The translations under genes and the position numbers were made by a program. Source: a virus (taxonomy: Duplodnaviria; Caudoviricetes). From it: 44,180 bases of DNA. This document shows, one piece after another, positions 15,929 to 26,720 of the stretch (within the stretch, counting starts at the first letter, position 1; every line of letters begins with the position of its first letter). The notes below the pieces were generated by a model, which saw nothing but the letters and a program-made list of their open reading frames with translations, did not search any database and was not told the origin of the DNA. The stretch lies in IMG/VR virus record IMGVR_UViG_3300025676_000033, positions 1 through 44,180 of that record; one strand, given 5' to 3'.

Positions 15929-18900
15929 TTAACTCGATACATTACTAAATCTTATAGCACTAAATGTTTGAGCTGTTCCCCCAGTCGGAGTAGCAGTAAG
16001 ATTTATTTCTGTAATACCTATTGTTGTCGAATATGTGTTTCCTGAAACGGTATTTGTGCCGTTACCTGTAAACTGAAGTGTAAACGTCTCGGTACCTGTA
16101 TTTGAATTAAGAGTTACACTTGAGCCTGAAGAAATACTGTTGTTTCTTACATTGCTGCTAACTAGTGATACCGCTATAGCTGTAGAGGTAGTGTTGTCTT
16201 TCTGCACGGTTATTGTTACATTTGTTGTTTCTCCACTTGTTCCGTTTATTGATAATCCTGTATATACATATTGTTGAGCAGGAGATATTGTAACCCCATT
16301 TATTGAAAGTGCTGTTACTCTTGGCGTGCCCCCCTCATTAGCAACCAATTCGGGATATAAATTAACATATGATCTAAGTCCATCTGGTGCGTTTGCTTGA
16401 ATAGTTGATGCTGGCAGTAAAGTTAAGACAGTATCTCCTACACTTAAAGCTGGTGCTGGAATATTAAAAGTAGCTGTTGAATGTCCTCCTGTAATATAAA
16501 TATTTCCTTCTGTACTCCCGCTTCCATGATTTATTGTTGGTACTCCTCCAAACTTATATCCTGATGAAGAGGTTAAAGTTATAGTATTTCCTCCTGTTGC
16601 AAAAGCGGTATTGCCAGTTCCAAATTGATCTCCTGTTGAGCCAAACCCTGTATTTATATATGTAGGGCTTACTGTATAACCAGCCCCGCTAACCCCTTTA
16701 ACAAAATAAGCATCAGTTGCAGAAACATAAGTTGTATTTACATTTACAGCAAACGAGTAGTTTATATTTCCTCCTACCGATTGATTTGGGTAAGTACCGC
16801 TAAAGCTAACTGTTATTGCATTACCTGAACCCTCTGCTGTAACAAGTGTAAAAGGACTAGTATTACTTATTGTAGATATATTTGTTGTTGCACTTAAATT
16901 AGTAGAACTATGAGTATACGTAAATACCATTTGACCACTAAATGCACTTCCTATATCTCCAACAGCATATGTTAAAGTTCTAGAGCTTACATCTACTGAT
17001 ACTCCCTCAGCTAAAGAATTCCCTGTATTAACCATTGTAAGAGTTGCGTTTTGTGCACAAGCTGCTACTTCTAATGCTACTGTTGCTGATACAAACGCAC
17101 TTCCTTTTACCACCACTGATGTTGATGCTGTACTTCCAGCTATACTTCCATCTACTGTTGCTTTTTCATTATATGCTGCTACTACTATATTGCCCGCCGA
17201 CGTTGTTCCAGTTATATCATTACAAGATCCTTGTCCTGTTAATCTCAATATATATCCACTTACTATCGACGCGGTTACAAGCGATGTTGTTGGCGTATTA
17301 TCTGTTATTTCAAAAAACCTACCATTTGTAAAATAATTCCTTAAATCAATATCTGAAGAACTTGTAATTACAGTTGACTGTGTTGGTATACTACCAAGTG
17401 TTAATGTAGGAAGAACACTCGGTTGAACAATATTATATGTAAAATCTGCTGCGCTTGAATTTGTAAAAGTAGCTCCGGGCGTTATATTTAGTGTTAATGC
17501 TCTTAATGTAGCATTTGTAACAGTTGAAATATTAGTTGACGCTCCGTCTGTAAGTGCGTTGCCTGATAACGCAACACTATTTAATGTAGGAGTTGCTAAA
17601 GATCCTTCTGTAAATACACCATCGTGTGCTATAGAAAATCCTGAAGGAATTGCATGATCTGCTATAGTGTATGCTACTGAGGCAGCCGCTGCTGGTTGTG
17701 TAACTGTTCTTACTGCTGTATACAAATATGCTGTTGAAGCTGAATTACTATATCCACTTGTTGGTATTTGTATTCTTATTGTATTATTATTAGCCGCATA
17801 TGTATCAGCATCTCCTGTTGTTTGTCCAAGTGTTACTGAAACCGTGGCTGTTGTGCTTGAATTTGCCGCTACACTTGTAGGAGCAATAGCTACAGCTGGT
17901 GAATTCCCAGCAACTATTGTAATATTCCCGGCTGCATTTACACTCATACTACCTGTCCAATCTGAAACTTGGAATAAACCTAAAGCAGGCGTTGTAACCT
18001 GTATTGGCCCTTGTATTCCTGTATCAACTGAATTTGTTGCATAAGCCCATACATAATATAATGTATTTATAGTTGCATCACTTTTTGTTGTTGTATATAC
18101 CCCTGTACCACCGTCTCCTACTTCTACACCTGTTGCGTTTGCATATACATTTGTTGTTCCTATTTTAAATCCTTTTTCTGATACCGCTGCACCCCCGGTA
18201 GCGCTTATGGTTGCTGAAACTGTAAATGTTGCAGCTGAACTAGATGTTGATGTAGTTGACGTTAATGATAAATCTGAAAATAAAGGAACTGTTGTACTTC
18301 CAGGGGTATCTTCTTGTGTTGCAGTAGTAGATATTATAATATTTTGGCCTGCATTAGTATATCCATTTGGCGCTGTTATAGTTAATTGTGCTGTTCTAGT
18401 TGTATCTGCACTAACTACTGGGTAATCATATCCTACTGTTTGACTAGCGTCTGTGGTCGCATTAACATAATTAACAGATTGTAATGAGCCTACATTAATA
18501 GTAGGCGCTGTAATTGTACCATTTTGAGCTACTGCAAAATTAGAAACCGTTACATCCGATGAACTAAAAACCCCTGTTTCCAATGCATTAAGCTCATTAA
18601 TTAATCCAGAAGTAGAAGTTTCATAATATATATTTATTGTACTCTCTGTTGGTTTTGTTTCAAACACTGCTAAATCTATTGCTTTACCTCTTTTTATATA
18701 AGATGTAACGCCTAATGCTGGTAACGAAGTATTATCAGAACCAGTATCATCTGTAAATAACATTCTAACTCCATATGCGTTTGATATACTAGATGAAATA
18801 CTATAAGGAGGCAACTGTGCTATTAAATGATTACTTTCTCTTTGATAAAACGGTCCCCCTGCATCATCATACACAGATGAAGACCTTTTATATTCTTGTA

Positions 18901-21298
18901 TTGTATTTATTTTTATAGAATCAAAATCAGATAGCTTTCCAATACCAACTATAGATATTTCATCACCTGATGAAAGAGCTTGTATTCTTTTTTCAGTATC
19001 AAATGAAATTGTTTTTGCTATTTGACCTGAAGACGCATCTGTAACTTCACCAAATCCATAATATGAATCAGAATCATGTACCTTATTAAAGGTTAACTGA
19101 GTAATTTCTAAAAATCCAATATCAGCTACTTGTGTTAAATCAGGGAATGTCATAGACCAAACATATTGTTTTTTTCTTGCACCAAGAGATACTGTAGTTA
19201 AAGAGCTTGTTAAGGTACTGCTGCTAGTAACTGTACTGTCACAAGCAAGATATTTAAAACTTTTTGCAGAACTAGCGTGTCTATTAAATATCATATATTG
19301 ATTACATGAATATACCATAGCATCTGTAGTAGTAGTTGTACCTCCTGTTTCTGCGCTTCTTTTACCCTCTGTTGTAGTTGTAGTCGTATAAAACGAAGTA
19401 TTAACTACTTTAGGGTATAATATTGTATCTGACCTAGCAATTGATGAATCCCCTGATACAGTTTCCATTAATCTAGGTACTTTATTTATATTATCTCCAA
19501 ATAATGTTATATAAGAATTATTGTCAATTATCGACGCCCCTGGGGTATAAACATTATAATATTCTTGTTCTAATTGTTTTACAACTACTCTATATGAATA
19601 CCATCCGTAAGGATTATATGTTGCATAAATACCACTATTTAATTCATTTGAGTATACATCGTCATCTGGTATTAACTTTCCGCTTTGTGCATTAAAAGTT
19701 ATTTTTAAATTATCCCCTACCCAACTATTAAATTCACTTGCCGTTCCTCTTGCTGGTACGGTTATTATAGAGTTCGATGCTGTAGAGGGTAAAATAACAG
19801 GTGATTGTCTACCAAATATATCTGCTAAAACAATCCCTACTTGATAAGTTCTTCTTTGCTTTAAAGAACTATCAGGATATTCATGATTTGCTAATACTAC
19901 AGTAATTGCCGCCCCGTTTGCAGGTGCGCTATTAAACGTTATTATACCTGTTGTTCCATCATACGCATAATTAGTAGAAGCTAATAAAACATCATTAATA
20001 TATATAATAAATTGGTTTGTATTAGTAGGGGCTATATTGCTGCTTCCTTTTGTTGGAGATTTTAACGTTAATGTAAATGTTGTATCACTACCATCTCCTG
20101 TAAAAGTTTGAGTACTTTTTGCTCCATATGATACATTGTAATCTAAAGTAGGTACTGTCGTGTTTTGTGAATAGTTCCCAAATACTAATCTATTTCCAAC
20201 AATATCTAATGCTTTTGCTTTTGTAGGTACATTATCAAAAACTCTTGTTATTTGATCTTCAGGTAAAGTTTCTTGAGGAGTATCTGAATTATATGTATAT
20301 GTATAAAATGTTGAAGTAATACTCGCATCTGTTAATGTTTTAGTTTCAACTATTCTTGCAGCGGTACTATCTGATTCTTTTATTATAATTTCAACTTCTT
20401 TTATTTCAAAATCCCCATTTGGATTTATACTTGGTAATTCAATACCTAATATAATTTTATTTATATTATTTACCATTCCATCTAACTCTGATGACTCATA
20501 TGCTTTTATTTCAGACTCTTCTCCAAATATACCATAATCAGAACCTGTTTTATATGAATGTTGAAAAGCTATTTGTGTAAATGGAGCTAATACAGAATAT
20601 TCATTATCATTAAATTTATATCTATATGAAAATCTTACAAATTCTTCTTGTATATAGTCATTATTTAAAGAGGCATCATTACTCATTGTAGATGTTCCAG
20701 CTATATCATTATCTGTCATGAATACAACAGGGGTATATGGAGCATATTTAGCAAGACTTATTTTAAGTTCATTATTATAAAAATCCGTATCACTTATTGC
20801 TTTTACTACGTTTATTCTTCTAGGTTGATTTTTATTATCTGTCCAAAATAACAGGTCATCAATCATAGCTATTCCTGTAATTTTATATTTTTTACTAAAT
20901 TTTAAAAATCTTCCTGTAACAATTGCTTTAGCTGTTTCATAAGTAGCGCTAGAAGGATCAGCATCATAATAATAAATAGCATGGGATCGTGGTTGAGTTG
21001 TTCCTGAATCTATATACCAATCATTTGCATATAAATCATTATTATCTGTAACAAACCAATATATACGTTTATTTTTTTCATCAAAATATGTTCCTATTAC
21101 GTCTATATCTGTTGATAACCCTAAAGTAGTATGTGCTATTGTATTACCCGCTGCATTTTGAACAACACCAACATTTCCACCATCAGGTTTTAATATCTCA
21201 ATATTTTGCGCATCTCTATACTCTCCCTCTGGCAATAATCTGTCATCAAGGTCTTTATTCATTTTCCCCGAAAGGAAAGTATTTTTGATTTCAGGCAT
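15929..21298 (-). CDS. Tail nozzle/stabilisation protein, N-terminal part, with long S/T-rich extension
   Basis: N-terminal FLSGKMNKDLDDRL, LFWTDNKNQPRRIN, GNRLVFGNY and RTYQVGIVLADIFGRQSPV. The C-terminal ~850 aa is S/T/A/G-rich and beta-sandwich-like. Confidence 0.75.
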   Translation of the reverse strand: MPEIKNTFLSGKMNKDLDDRLLPEGEYRDAQNIEILKPDGGNVGVVQNAAGNTIAHTTLGLSTDIDVIGTYFDEKNKRIYWFVTDNNDLYANDWYIDSGTTQPRSHAIYYYDADPSSATYETAKAIVTGRFLKFSKKYKITGIAMIDDLLFWTDNKNQPRRINVVKAISDTDFYNNELKISLAKYAPYTPVVFMTDNDIAGTSTMSNDASLNNDYIQEEFVRFSYRYKFNDNEYSVLAPFTQIAFQHSYKTGSDYGIFGEESEIKAYESSELDGMVNNINKIILGIELPSINPNGDFEIKEVEIIIKESDSTAARIVETKTLTDASITSTFYTYTYNSDTPQETLPEDQITRVFDNVPTKAKALDIVGNRLVFGNYSQNTTVPTLDYNVSYGAKSTQTFTGDGSDTTFTLTLKSPTKGSSNIAPTNTNQFIIYINDVLLASTNYAYDGTTGIITFNSAPANGAAITVVLANHEYPDSSLKQRRTYQVGIVLADIFGRQSPVILPSTASNSIITVPARGTASEFNSWVGDNLKITFNAQSGKLIPDDDVYSNELNSGIYATYNPYGWYSYRVVVKQLEQEYYNVYTPGASIIDNNSYITLFGDNINKVPRLMETVSGDSSIARSDTILYPKVVNTSFYTTTTTTEGKRSAETGGTTTTTDAMVYSCNQYMIFNRHASSAKSFKYLACDSTVTSSSTLTSSLTTVSLGARKKQYVWSMTFPDLTQVADIGFLEITQLTFNKVHDSDSYYGFGEVTDASSGQIAKTISFDTEKRIQALSSGDEISIVGIGKLSDFDSIKINTIQEYKRSSSVYDDAGGPFYQRESNHLIAQLPPYSISSSISNAYGVRMLFTDDTGSDNTSLPALGVTSYIKRGKAIDLAVFETKPTESTINIYYETSTSGLINELNALETGVFSSSDVTVSNFAVAQNGTITAPTINVGSLQSVNYVNATTDASQTVGYDYPVVSADTTRTAQLTITAPNGYTNAGQNIIISTTATQEDTPGSTTVPLFSDLSLTSTTSTSSSAATFTVSATISATGGAAVSEKGFKIGTTNVYANATGVEVGDGGTGVYTTTKSDATINTLYYVWAYATNSVDTGIQGPIQVTTPALGLFQVSDWTGSMSVNAAGNITIVAGNSPAVAIAPTSVAANSSTTATVSVTLGQTTGDADTYAANNNTIRIQIPTSGYSNSASTAYLYTAVRTVTQPAAAASVAYTIADHAIPSGFSIAHDGVFTEGSLATPTLNSVALSGNALTDGASTNISTVTNATLRALTLNITPGATFTNSSAADFTYNIVQPSVLPTLTLGSIPTQSTVITSSSDIDLRNYFTNGRFFEITDNTPTTSLVTASIVSGYILRLTGQGSCNDITGTTSAGNIVVAAYNEKATVDGSIAGSTASTSVVVKGSAFVSATVALEVAACAQNATLTMVNTGNSLAEGVSVDVSSRTLTYAVGDIGSAFSGQMVFTYTHSSTNLSATTNISTISNTSPFTLVTAEGSGNAITVSFSGTYPNQSVGGNINYSFAVNVNTTYVSATDAYFVKGVSGAGYTVSPTYINTGFGSTGDQFGTGNTAFATGGNTITLTSSSGYKFGGVPTINHGSGSTEGNIYITGGHSTATFNIPAPALSVGDTVLTLLPASTIQANAPDGLRSYVNLYPELVANEGGTPRVTALSINGVTISPAQQYVYTGLSINGTSGETTNVTITVQKDNTTSTAIAVSLVSSNVRNNSISSGSSVTLNSNTGTETFTLQFTGNGTNTVSGNTYSTTIGITEINLTATPTGGTAQTFSAIRFSNVSS

Positions 21299-21302
21299 TT
21301 AA

Positions 21303-22412
21303 TTAATGTTTTATCTGTTTAGTTTTGCCCCTCATTATTTGAGTAAGTTCATTTAATTTTATATTAGATAATCTCAATTTAGCATTACGCATTGCTGCTC
21401 TTCTTTCTCTTTTATATCTATTAACAACATATTCAGGTATATTTGCTTTAGAGGTAAGTATTGCATATGCAATATGTTTGTATAAAGCTTCTTCAGCCAT
21501 TTTATGTACTTGCATTTCTGCATCTGTTCCTAAACCATCAGATACATAGTGTAGAGTTAATATTTTTCCTGAAAGATTACTGCTAAACCCAAATTTACCA
21601 TTTGCTTCGTCCTGTACAAAAACCCCGTTTACTTGTAAATGTTGTGGATCACTTCCATATCTTTTACCATATCCTATAATACTATCACTATAATCTGAAT
21701 TTGCAGTAAAATAATCGTTTGAGCTAGAGGAACCCAATGCGGCGTTGGTTTCAATACCTTCAAAATTATCTACTGTTGTAGAATTAGATGATAATAATAA
21801 TGAATTATCGTTATCATATAAATATTCGGCATCCGTGTCTTGTAATGCTGCTTTTGAGGGTCTAGAAGTATGGGTTGTAGGATAAATTATTCTTTCAAGC
21901 CCATTGTCGTCTATCCATGATAACTTAACATAATTTACATAATCTTGCGGTATAGGCACTACTAAAGTAGTGGGAATTTCTTGTTCAAATATTTTTTCTA
22001 CTCTAGTTATATCATAACTAAATTCTTGGATTGCTCTTTTCGCGTGAAACAATACATCTTGCCTAGAAACATTATTTATAATTTTTCCATCTCCAACATA
22101 ACCCACTAAAAAGTTATTTATTACATCTACTAACGCTATATACCTATAATTACCTGTATTAGGCGTTTCTAACTGAACTTTTATAATTACACCATCAGCA
22201 GGTGCTGTAGCAAATGTTATTACACCTGTACTAGAACTATAACTACTAACACCATCATCATCTTGTTCTAAACCATCATAATAAACTCTGAATTTAGTTG
22301 CTGCTGTTGGCAGCGGAGTAAAAGTTAATGTGAAAGTTGTATCACTCCCATCACCAGTGAAAAGCTGATGCCCCTCATAATATTCTCTTTCGCTTTGTGT
22401 TATTAGTGCCAT
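21303..22412 (-). CDS. Tail ring/adaptor structural protein with N-terminal inserted module
   Basis: Downstream of capsid genes. VPIPQDYVNYVKLSW, LHYVSDG and RNAKLRLSN are typical of podoviral adaptor-like proteins. Confidence 0.65.
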   Translation of the reverse strand: MALITQSEREYYEGHQLFTGDGSDTTFTLTFTPLPTAATKFRVYYDGLEQDDDGVSSYSSSTGVITFATAPADGVIIKVQLETPNTGNYRYIALVDVINNFLVGYVGDGKIINNVSRQDVLFHAKRAIQEFSYDITRVEKIFEQEIPTTLVVPIPQDYVNYVKLSWIDDNGLERIIYPTTHTSRPSKAALQDTDAEYLYDNDNSLLLSSNSTTVDNFEGIETNAALGSSSSNDYFTANSDYSDSIIGYGKRYGSDPQHLQVNGVFVQDEANGKFGFSSNLSGKILTLHYVSDGLGTDAEMQVHKMAEEALYKHIAYAILTSKANIPEYVVNRYKRERRAAMRNAKLRLSNIKLNELTQIMRGKTKQIKH

Positions 22413-22415
22413 TTA

Positions 22416-23117
22416 TTAAGTATTTTCTTGATTAATTTTTTGAACCTCTTCTTGTTTAGCTACTTGTATTATATTAGGGTCTTTTAAAATTATCCCTGAA
22501 TAAGCTAATATTTTTATTACTAAGGGCACTTCTTCGGAATCATGTAATTGAAAATTAATTGAAGAACCACTTGCGTATGCCATGTCCCCATATGTTGCTC
22601 CAGTTGTAAATGCCCAAGTTGGATCTGTTGGTTTAAAAATATAATCTAGTGTTGCAGAAGATATGGTTGTAGGAAATATATTTATATTTGCACCTTGTTT
22701 ATAATATATTGGGTATGAGGTTGTTGGTGCTGTAAGTTTGGAAGAATTAATTTGGGGTAAATCTGATTTTTGTATTTCTTGTACTTCTAAACCCCTAGTA
22801 CTTGTGGAAATCATTATACATTTATAAAAATTTGAAGGAACCGCTGCAATACCACTTGAAAAGGTTAAAGTCGAAGATGTAGAAAATACATCAATCTTTT
22901 CTTTAATTGCTTTTGCAAGATTTGCATATTCATCATTTATTGAACCTGTTTTATTCCTAGTTAAATAACGATTATAGTCAAAAAAAGCCTTTTCAAATAA
23001 ATCGAGCTGTGCCATTCTAGCTAATCTATTATATTGGTCAGGCGTCATGAATCCTCGTTGTTCTCTATTAGTAAGAGATAAAACGGTTCTATATACTGTA
23101 TTTACATTTATGGCCAT
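22416..23117 (-). CDS. Tail adaptor/ring protein (head-tail connector)
   Basis: VYRTVLSLTNREQRGFMTPDQYN, DYIFKPTDPTW and FQLHDSEE; position after the capsid module. Confidence 0.65.
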   Translation of the reverse strand: MAINVNTVYRTVLSLTNREQRGFMTPDQYNRLARMAQLDLFEKAFFDYNRYLTRNKTGSINDEYANLAKAIKEKIDVFSTSSTLTFSSGIAAVPSNFYKCIMISTSTRGLEVQEIQKSDLPQINSSKLTAPTTSYPIYYKQGANINIFPTTISSATLDYIFKPTDPTWAFTTGATYGDMAYASGSSINFQLHDSEEVPLVIKILAYSGIILKDPNIIQVAKQEEVQKINQENT

Positions 23118-23131
23118 ATTATTTTTTTATT

Positions 23132-23162
23132 ATAGCCTTGGCCCAATTAAGGGCCGTGACTA
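23132..23162. other. Intergenic GC hairpin without a U-tract on the coding strand
   Basis: GGCCC-AATTAA-GGGCC core stem, extended by TAGCC/GACTA. Confidence 0.55.
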
Positions 23163-23169
23163 TTATTGA

Positions 23170-24033
23170 TTATTTTAATCTTTTTTCAACAGCTGAATAA
23201 ATTTCAACACCTTCATCGGTTTTGAAAAATACTGTTAAAGCAGAATATGGATTTTCTTCATAAGGGACTGTCATTAATTTTCTATTAGTAGTTCCCCAAG
23301 TAAAGGTCCTTTGATCTGCAGAAAGTTTAATTATTCCCGCTTCAACGGCTCTTATACCCATATTTCTAATATTGATGTTTTCGTCATTCGCTAATTCTAA
23401 GAACAACTGTGGGTCTTTCTTAGCAAGCTTAATTAAATCGCGTTTAAGCTCCTTAGAACTCATCTTAGATGCTTTATTTCCGACCTCAGTACGTACGATT
23501 GCCTCAATATGGTCAATTTCCATGTCCATAGCGACGTTTAAAGCATCAACTTCTAATGTCATCATATCTAGTTCATCTTTAGCATTTGCTTCAGGATCAA
23601 ACTCATTAAATAAGTTTCCTCTTTGAGGATGATATAATGATAATAACTTTTGTAGGGTTTGTTTTGCTTTAGGTACTTTTAGTGTACCATCAACAAATGT
23701 TATGTGCTCTAATTTAGCATCTCCTTTAAACTCATCAACAAAAGGGGTTTTTTGATTAGTAGTATATTTTAATTCTCGTTCATATCCTTTTTCTTCATCA
23801 AAATAGAATATACCGGAACTTTTTATAGTATATGTCAAAGGGGATAATCCATCTTTGAGTGCATATAACCTATCTTTCATTGCCCAACCAGAGTTCGGTT
23901 CTGGTAATGGCATTTCTTTTACAGTTTTTTTAGTCACTAGTTCTTTAACAGCAACTTCTTCTGTAAATGTTTCTTGTATTGGTGCTGATTTAACAGCACT
24001 TTGTGCCCTTTGGGCAGATTTATTTTTTTTCAT
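23170..24033 (-). CDS. Conserved phage structural/head-associated protein
   Basis: 287-aa ORF directly after the MCP, with a low-complexity K/E/P N-terminus and a helical C-terminus. Confidence 0.6.
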   Translation of the reverse strand: MKKNKSAQRAQSAVKSAPIQETFTEEVAVKELVTKKTVKEMPLPEPNSGWAMKDRLYALKDGLSPLTYTIKSSGIFYFDEEKGYERELKYTTNQKTPFVDEFKGDAKLEHITFVDGTLKVPKAKQTLQKLLSLYHPQRGNLFNEFDPEANAKDELDMMTLEVDALNVAMDMEIDHIEAIVRTEVGNKASKMSSKELKRDLIKLAKKDPQLFLELANDENINIRNMGIRAVEAGIIKLSADQRTFTWGTTNRKLMTVPYEENPYSALTVFFKTDEGVEIYSAVEKRLK

Positions 24034-24054
24034 GATATAATATAATATAAGTTA

Positions 24055-24098
24055 ATAAAAAGTAAAGCTAAGGCGCTGTTACCGCGCCCTGCTCTACT
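24055..24098 (-). terminator. Rho-independent terminator after major capsid gene
   Basis: Minus strand AGTAGAGC-AGGGCGC-GGTAACA-GCGCCTTA-GCTTTACT followed by TTTATT. Confidence 0.8.
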
Positions 24099-24109
24099 GT
24101 AAAAAAGTA

Positions 24110-25558
24110 TTAAGAAGTCAATAACATAAAGTTGTTAGCACCTTGTGTAATTAGACATCTTTCAGTTAGGTAATGAACTTCCATCGCATCTAGGTCAGAA
24201 GTGATGTTTCCACCAACTGAACCAGTTGTCCAAGATTTCAGCTTCCTGTCATCAGCTTCAGAAGCTCTATATCTTACGTGTAAGAAAGGTCTTTTAATGT
24301 TTTTACCAAGAATTTGGTCATAAACAGTAGATGTACCAGCCGGTACTACTACACCTCTTACGTCGTCTTCAATAATTCCTCTTGTTGAGCCATCATTTAA
24401 GTATTTCCAGTCAGTTTTATAGAAGTCATAAGAACCTCTTCTAAATCCAGAAAATCCTAAGTTAAGTGCCATATCTTCACTATTTGAGAATACACCATAA
24501 GATGTACCACCCGCACCGTAAGAATTTTGCGTTGCAAGCATATCGTCAATTGCTAAAGATACGTTTCTGTTAATAAATAACATATTTTCTTCGATCGCCC
24601 CTTGAGCATCAAATTTCTTAAGAATGTTATCAAACGAACCTAAGTCATCTGTAGCTGAAGTACCTGCGATACCAGTGGTAATGTGACCTCTTGCAGTTAT
24701 TGCTGCAAAAAGACCCTGTGTACCTGCAGTATCAGCTGATCCAGCTGTACCAAGTTGTGAGTCTACGCCACCAGCTGCTGCTGCTAGTTCACCCTCAATC
24801 ATTGCCATTTCACAATTATCCTCGAATCTTTGTCTCGTGTCACCTTCAGCTTTTAAATACCATAGGTAACCTGTTTGTCCTGCTTCCCCTGTTACTTCAA
24901 CCCAACCAATTTGAGAAGCGTCAGATCCTGATACTTCATATTTATCTTTAATGATAATTGGTTTGTTAGTTAAAGAAGCGAAAGAAGGCTGTACCGCGTT
25001 AGACATTCCTGAAGTTCCTTTCTTAAATTCAGAACCATAAACGAAAAAGTCACACGTGTTTGATGCACTATCATCAGTGGTATCGAATCCAGACACTGCA
25101 CCAACCGTTGCAGCTCCTGTATAAGGAATTGCAGTACATGTTGTGTTGTCGGACGCAACCGCAGAGATGTAACACTTAATTACTGTAGGAGAAGTTTGGT
25201 TATCGCTTAATACGATTGTTTGCCCTACTCTTACGGCATGTGTGCCACTTGATGCGATTGTAATTACACCGGTGTTAGCTACTGCTGCACCTTTGTAATG
25301 TAAATGTAATCTACCTTGCTCAGACCAAACTACTTGGTCAGAAGTCATAGGCATTTCAGCGCCTACTAATCTTAGGAAAGAAGCTACGGATCTGTTTCCA
25401 AATACTTCAACTTCTTTCTCATATAAATCTGGTAGGTATTGTTGAGACCAGTCATTAGAACCACCTGTAAAAGATAGGTAGTTAGAAGACAAAGTCTGTT
25501 TAGCCGGTGCAGGTGTTGAATTTAGACTGCCTCCGGCTGTTGGAGTTATTGCTGCCAT
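24110..25558 (-). CDS. Major capsid protein
   Basis: 482 aa after the scaffold. QQYLPDLYEKEVEVFGNR, WSEQGRLH and GFSGFRRGSYDFYK motifs. Codon use looks like a highly expressed gene, and a terminator follows. Confidence 0.85.
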   Translation of the reverse strand: MAAITPTAGGSLNSTPAPAKQTLSSNYLSFTGGSNDWSQQYLPDLYEKEVEVFGNRSVASFLRLVGAEMPMTSDQVVWSEQGRLHLHYKGAAVANTGVITIASSGTHAVRVGQTIVLSDNQTSPTVIKCYISAVASDNTTCTAIPYTGAATVGAVSGFDTTDDSASNTCDFFVYGSEFKKGTSGMSNAVQPSFASLTNKPIIIKDKYEVSGSDASQIGWVEVTGEAGQTGYLWYLKAEGDTRQRFEDNCEMAMIEGELAAAAGGVDSQLGTAGSADTAGTQGLFAAITARGHITTGIAGTSATDDLGSFDNILKKFDAQGAIEENMLFINRNVSLAIDDMLATQNSYGAGGTSYGVFSNSEDMALNLGFSGFRRGSYDFYKTDWKYLNDGSTRGIIEDDVRGVVVPAGTSTVYDQILGKNIKRPFLHVRYRASEADDRKLKSWTTGSVGGNITSDLDAMEVHYLTERCLITQGANNFMLLTS

Positions 25559-25586
25559 TATTTATAAATTTTTTAAATTATTATTT

Positions 25587-26720
25587 TTATTTTTTATCTC
25601 TTAATTTGATACGTAGCTTAGAGCTATCGTCTCCGCTAATTGCTCGCACTTTTATACCACCAGCTTCAACATAACCAGTACTAGTCTGTCTCGGGTCCAT
25701 GTTTATATTTTTGGACTCTGATGAGACTTCTTTAATGGCTTCTGTTTTACCTAATTGATAAAAATGATTTGCGATTTTATCAGCATTTTGAGCGGCAAAT
25801 AATGCTTTATGATAACCATACCCATCGGTAAGATAATTATTTTCATCAAGGTAACCACCTATAACGTTCATAAGATCTGATTGGGTATCTTTAACTTTTG
25901 TTGCATCATTTACTTTAAACCTGAATTTTTTATCATCAATATTAAAATCAAAACCTTTGAATTCTTGATCGAAAACTTCATTTGTCTTTTGTTTAAAGTT
26001 TTTTTCCGCGCTCTCTTTAGATTGAGCAAAAGACTCTTGCTCAATATTGTGTCTATTAAAAAAGTCTACAGCTTTTTGCTGTTCAGCTGATAAATTGTCA
26101 GTTGTTCTTACTTCTTTATAGTATTTTTCTTTTTGGCCTTCTAAATGATTTTTAGCTTTTGCTAATTCTTCTTTATATGCCAATTTTTTTCTTTTTATAT
26201 CTGTAGGATCATCCATATCATCATCATAAGAAAATTTATCTTCAATTATAAAATTTATTTCATCTGATGATAAATGTGATTTAGTAGTATTATAAAATTC
26301 TCTTAAAAGATTATCATCATTTAATTCTGAATAATTTTTATTAAGTTTTACATAATCATCCATTGATCCCCCTGTTTCATTTATAAAATTAACAAGTTCA
26401 GGTATTCCTTCTGGAATATTTATTTCTGGTTGTACTTGCTCTTTTATAGGTTCAGGAATTTTTTCTTCAGCTTTAGGTTTTTCTTTTGTTGGTTCTTCCT
26501 TAATTTCTTCAATTATAGGTTCTTCCTTTGTAGATTCCTTAGCTGTTTCTTCTATTACAGGAGTTTCCTCAGTAGTATCTTCTTTAGGTTCTCTTAGGTC
26601 TACTTTAGTTATAGACTCATCACCTATATCAGCACCCATTTTTTTGAGTGCTTTCGTTTCTTTTTCAGCAGCAGAGGGATTTTCTTCCTCTACTACATTT
26701 ACTTGTGTTTCTTCTGACAT
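25587..26720 (-). CDS. Capsid scaffolding protein
   Basis: Acidic E/P/K-rich N-terminus, coiled coil, ANHFYQLGK and a basic C-terminus; directly upstream of the MCP. Confidence 0.75.
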   Translation of the reverse strand: MSEETQVNVVEEENPSAAEKETKALKKMGADIGDESITKVDLREPKEDTTEETPVIEETAKESTKEEPIIEEIKEEPTKEKPKAEEKIPEPIKEQVQPEINIPEGIPELVNFINETGGSMDDYVKLNKNYSELNDDNLLREFYNTTKSHLSSDEINFIIEDKFSYDDDMDDPTDIKRKKLAYKEELAKAKNHLEGQKEKYYKEVRTTDNLSAEQQKAVDFFNRHNIEQESFAQSKESAEKNFKQKTNEVFDQEFKGFDFNIDDKKFRFKVNDATKVKDTQSDLMNVIGGYLDENNYLTDGYGYHKALFAAQNADKIANHFYQLGKTEAIKEVSSESKNINMDPRQTSTGYVEAGGIKVRAISGDDSSKLRIKLRDKK

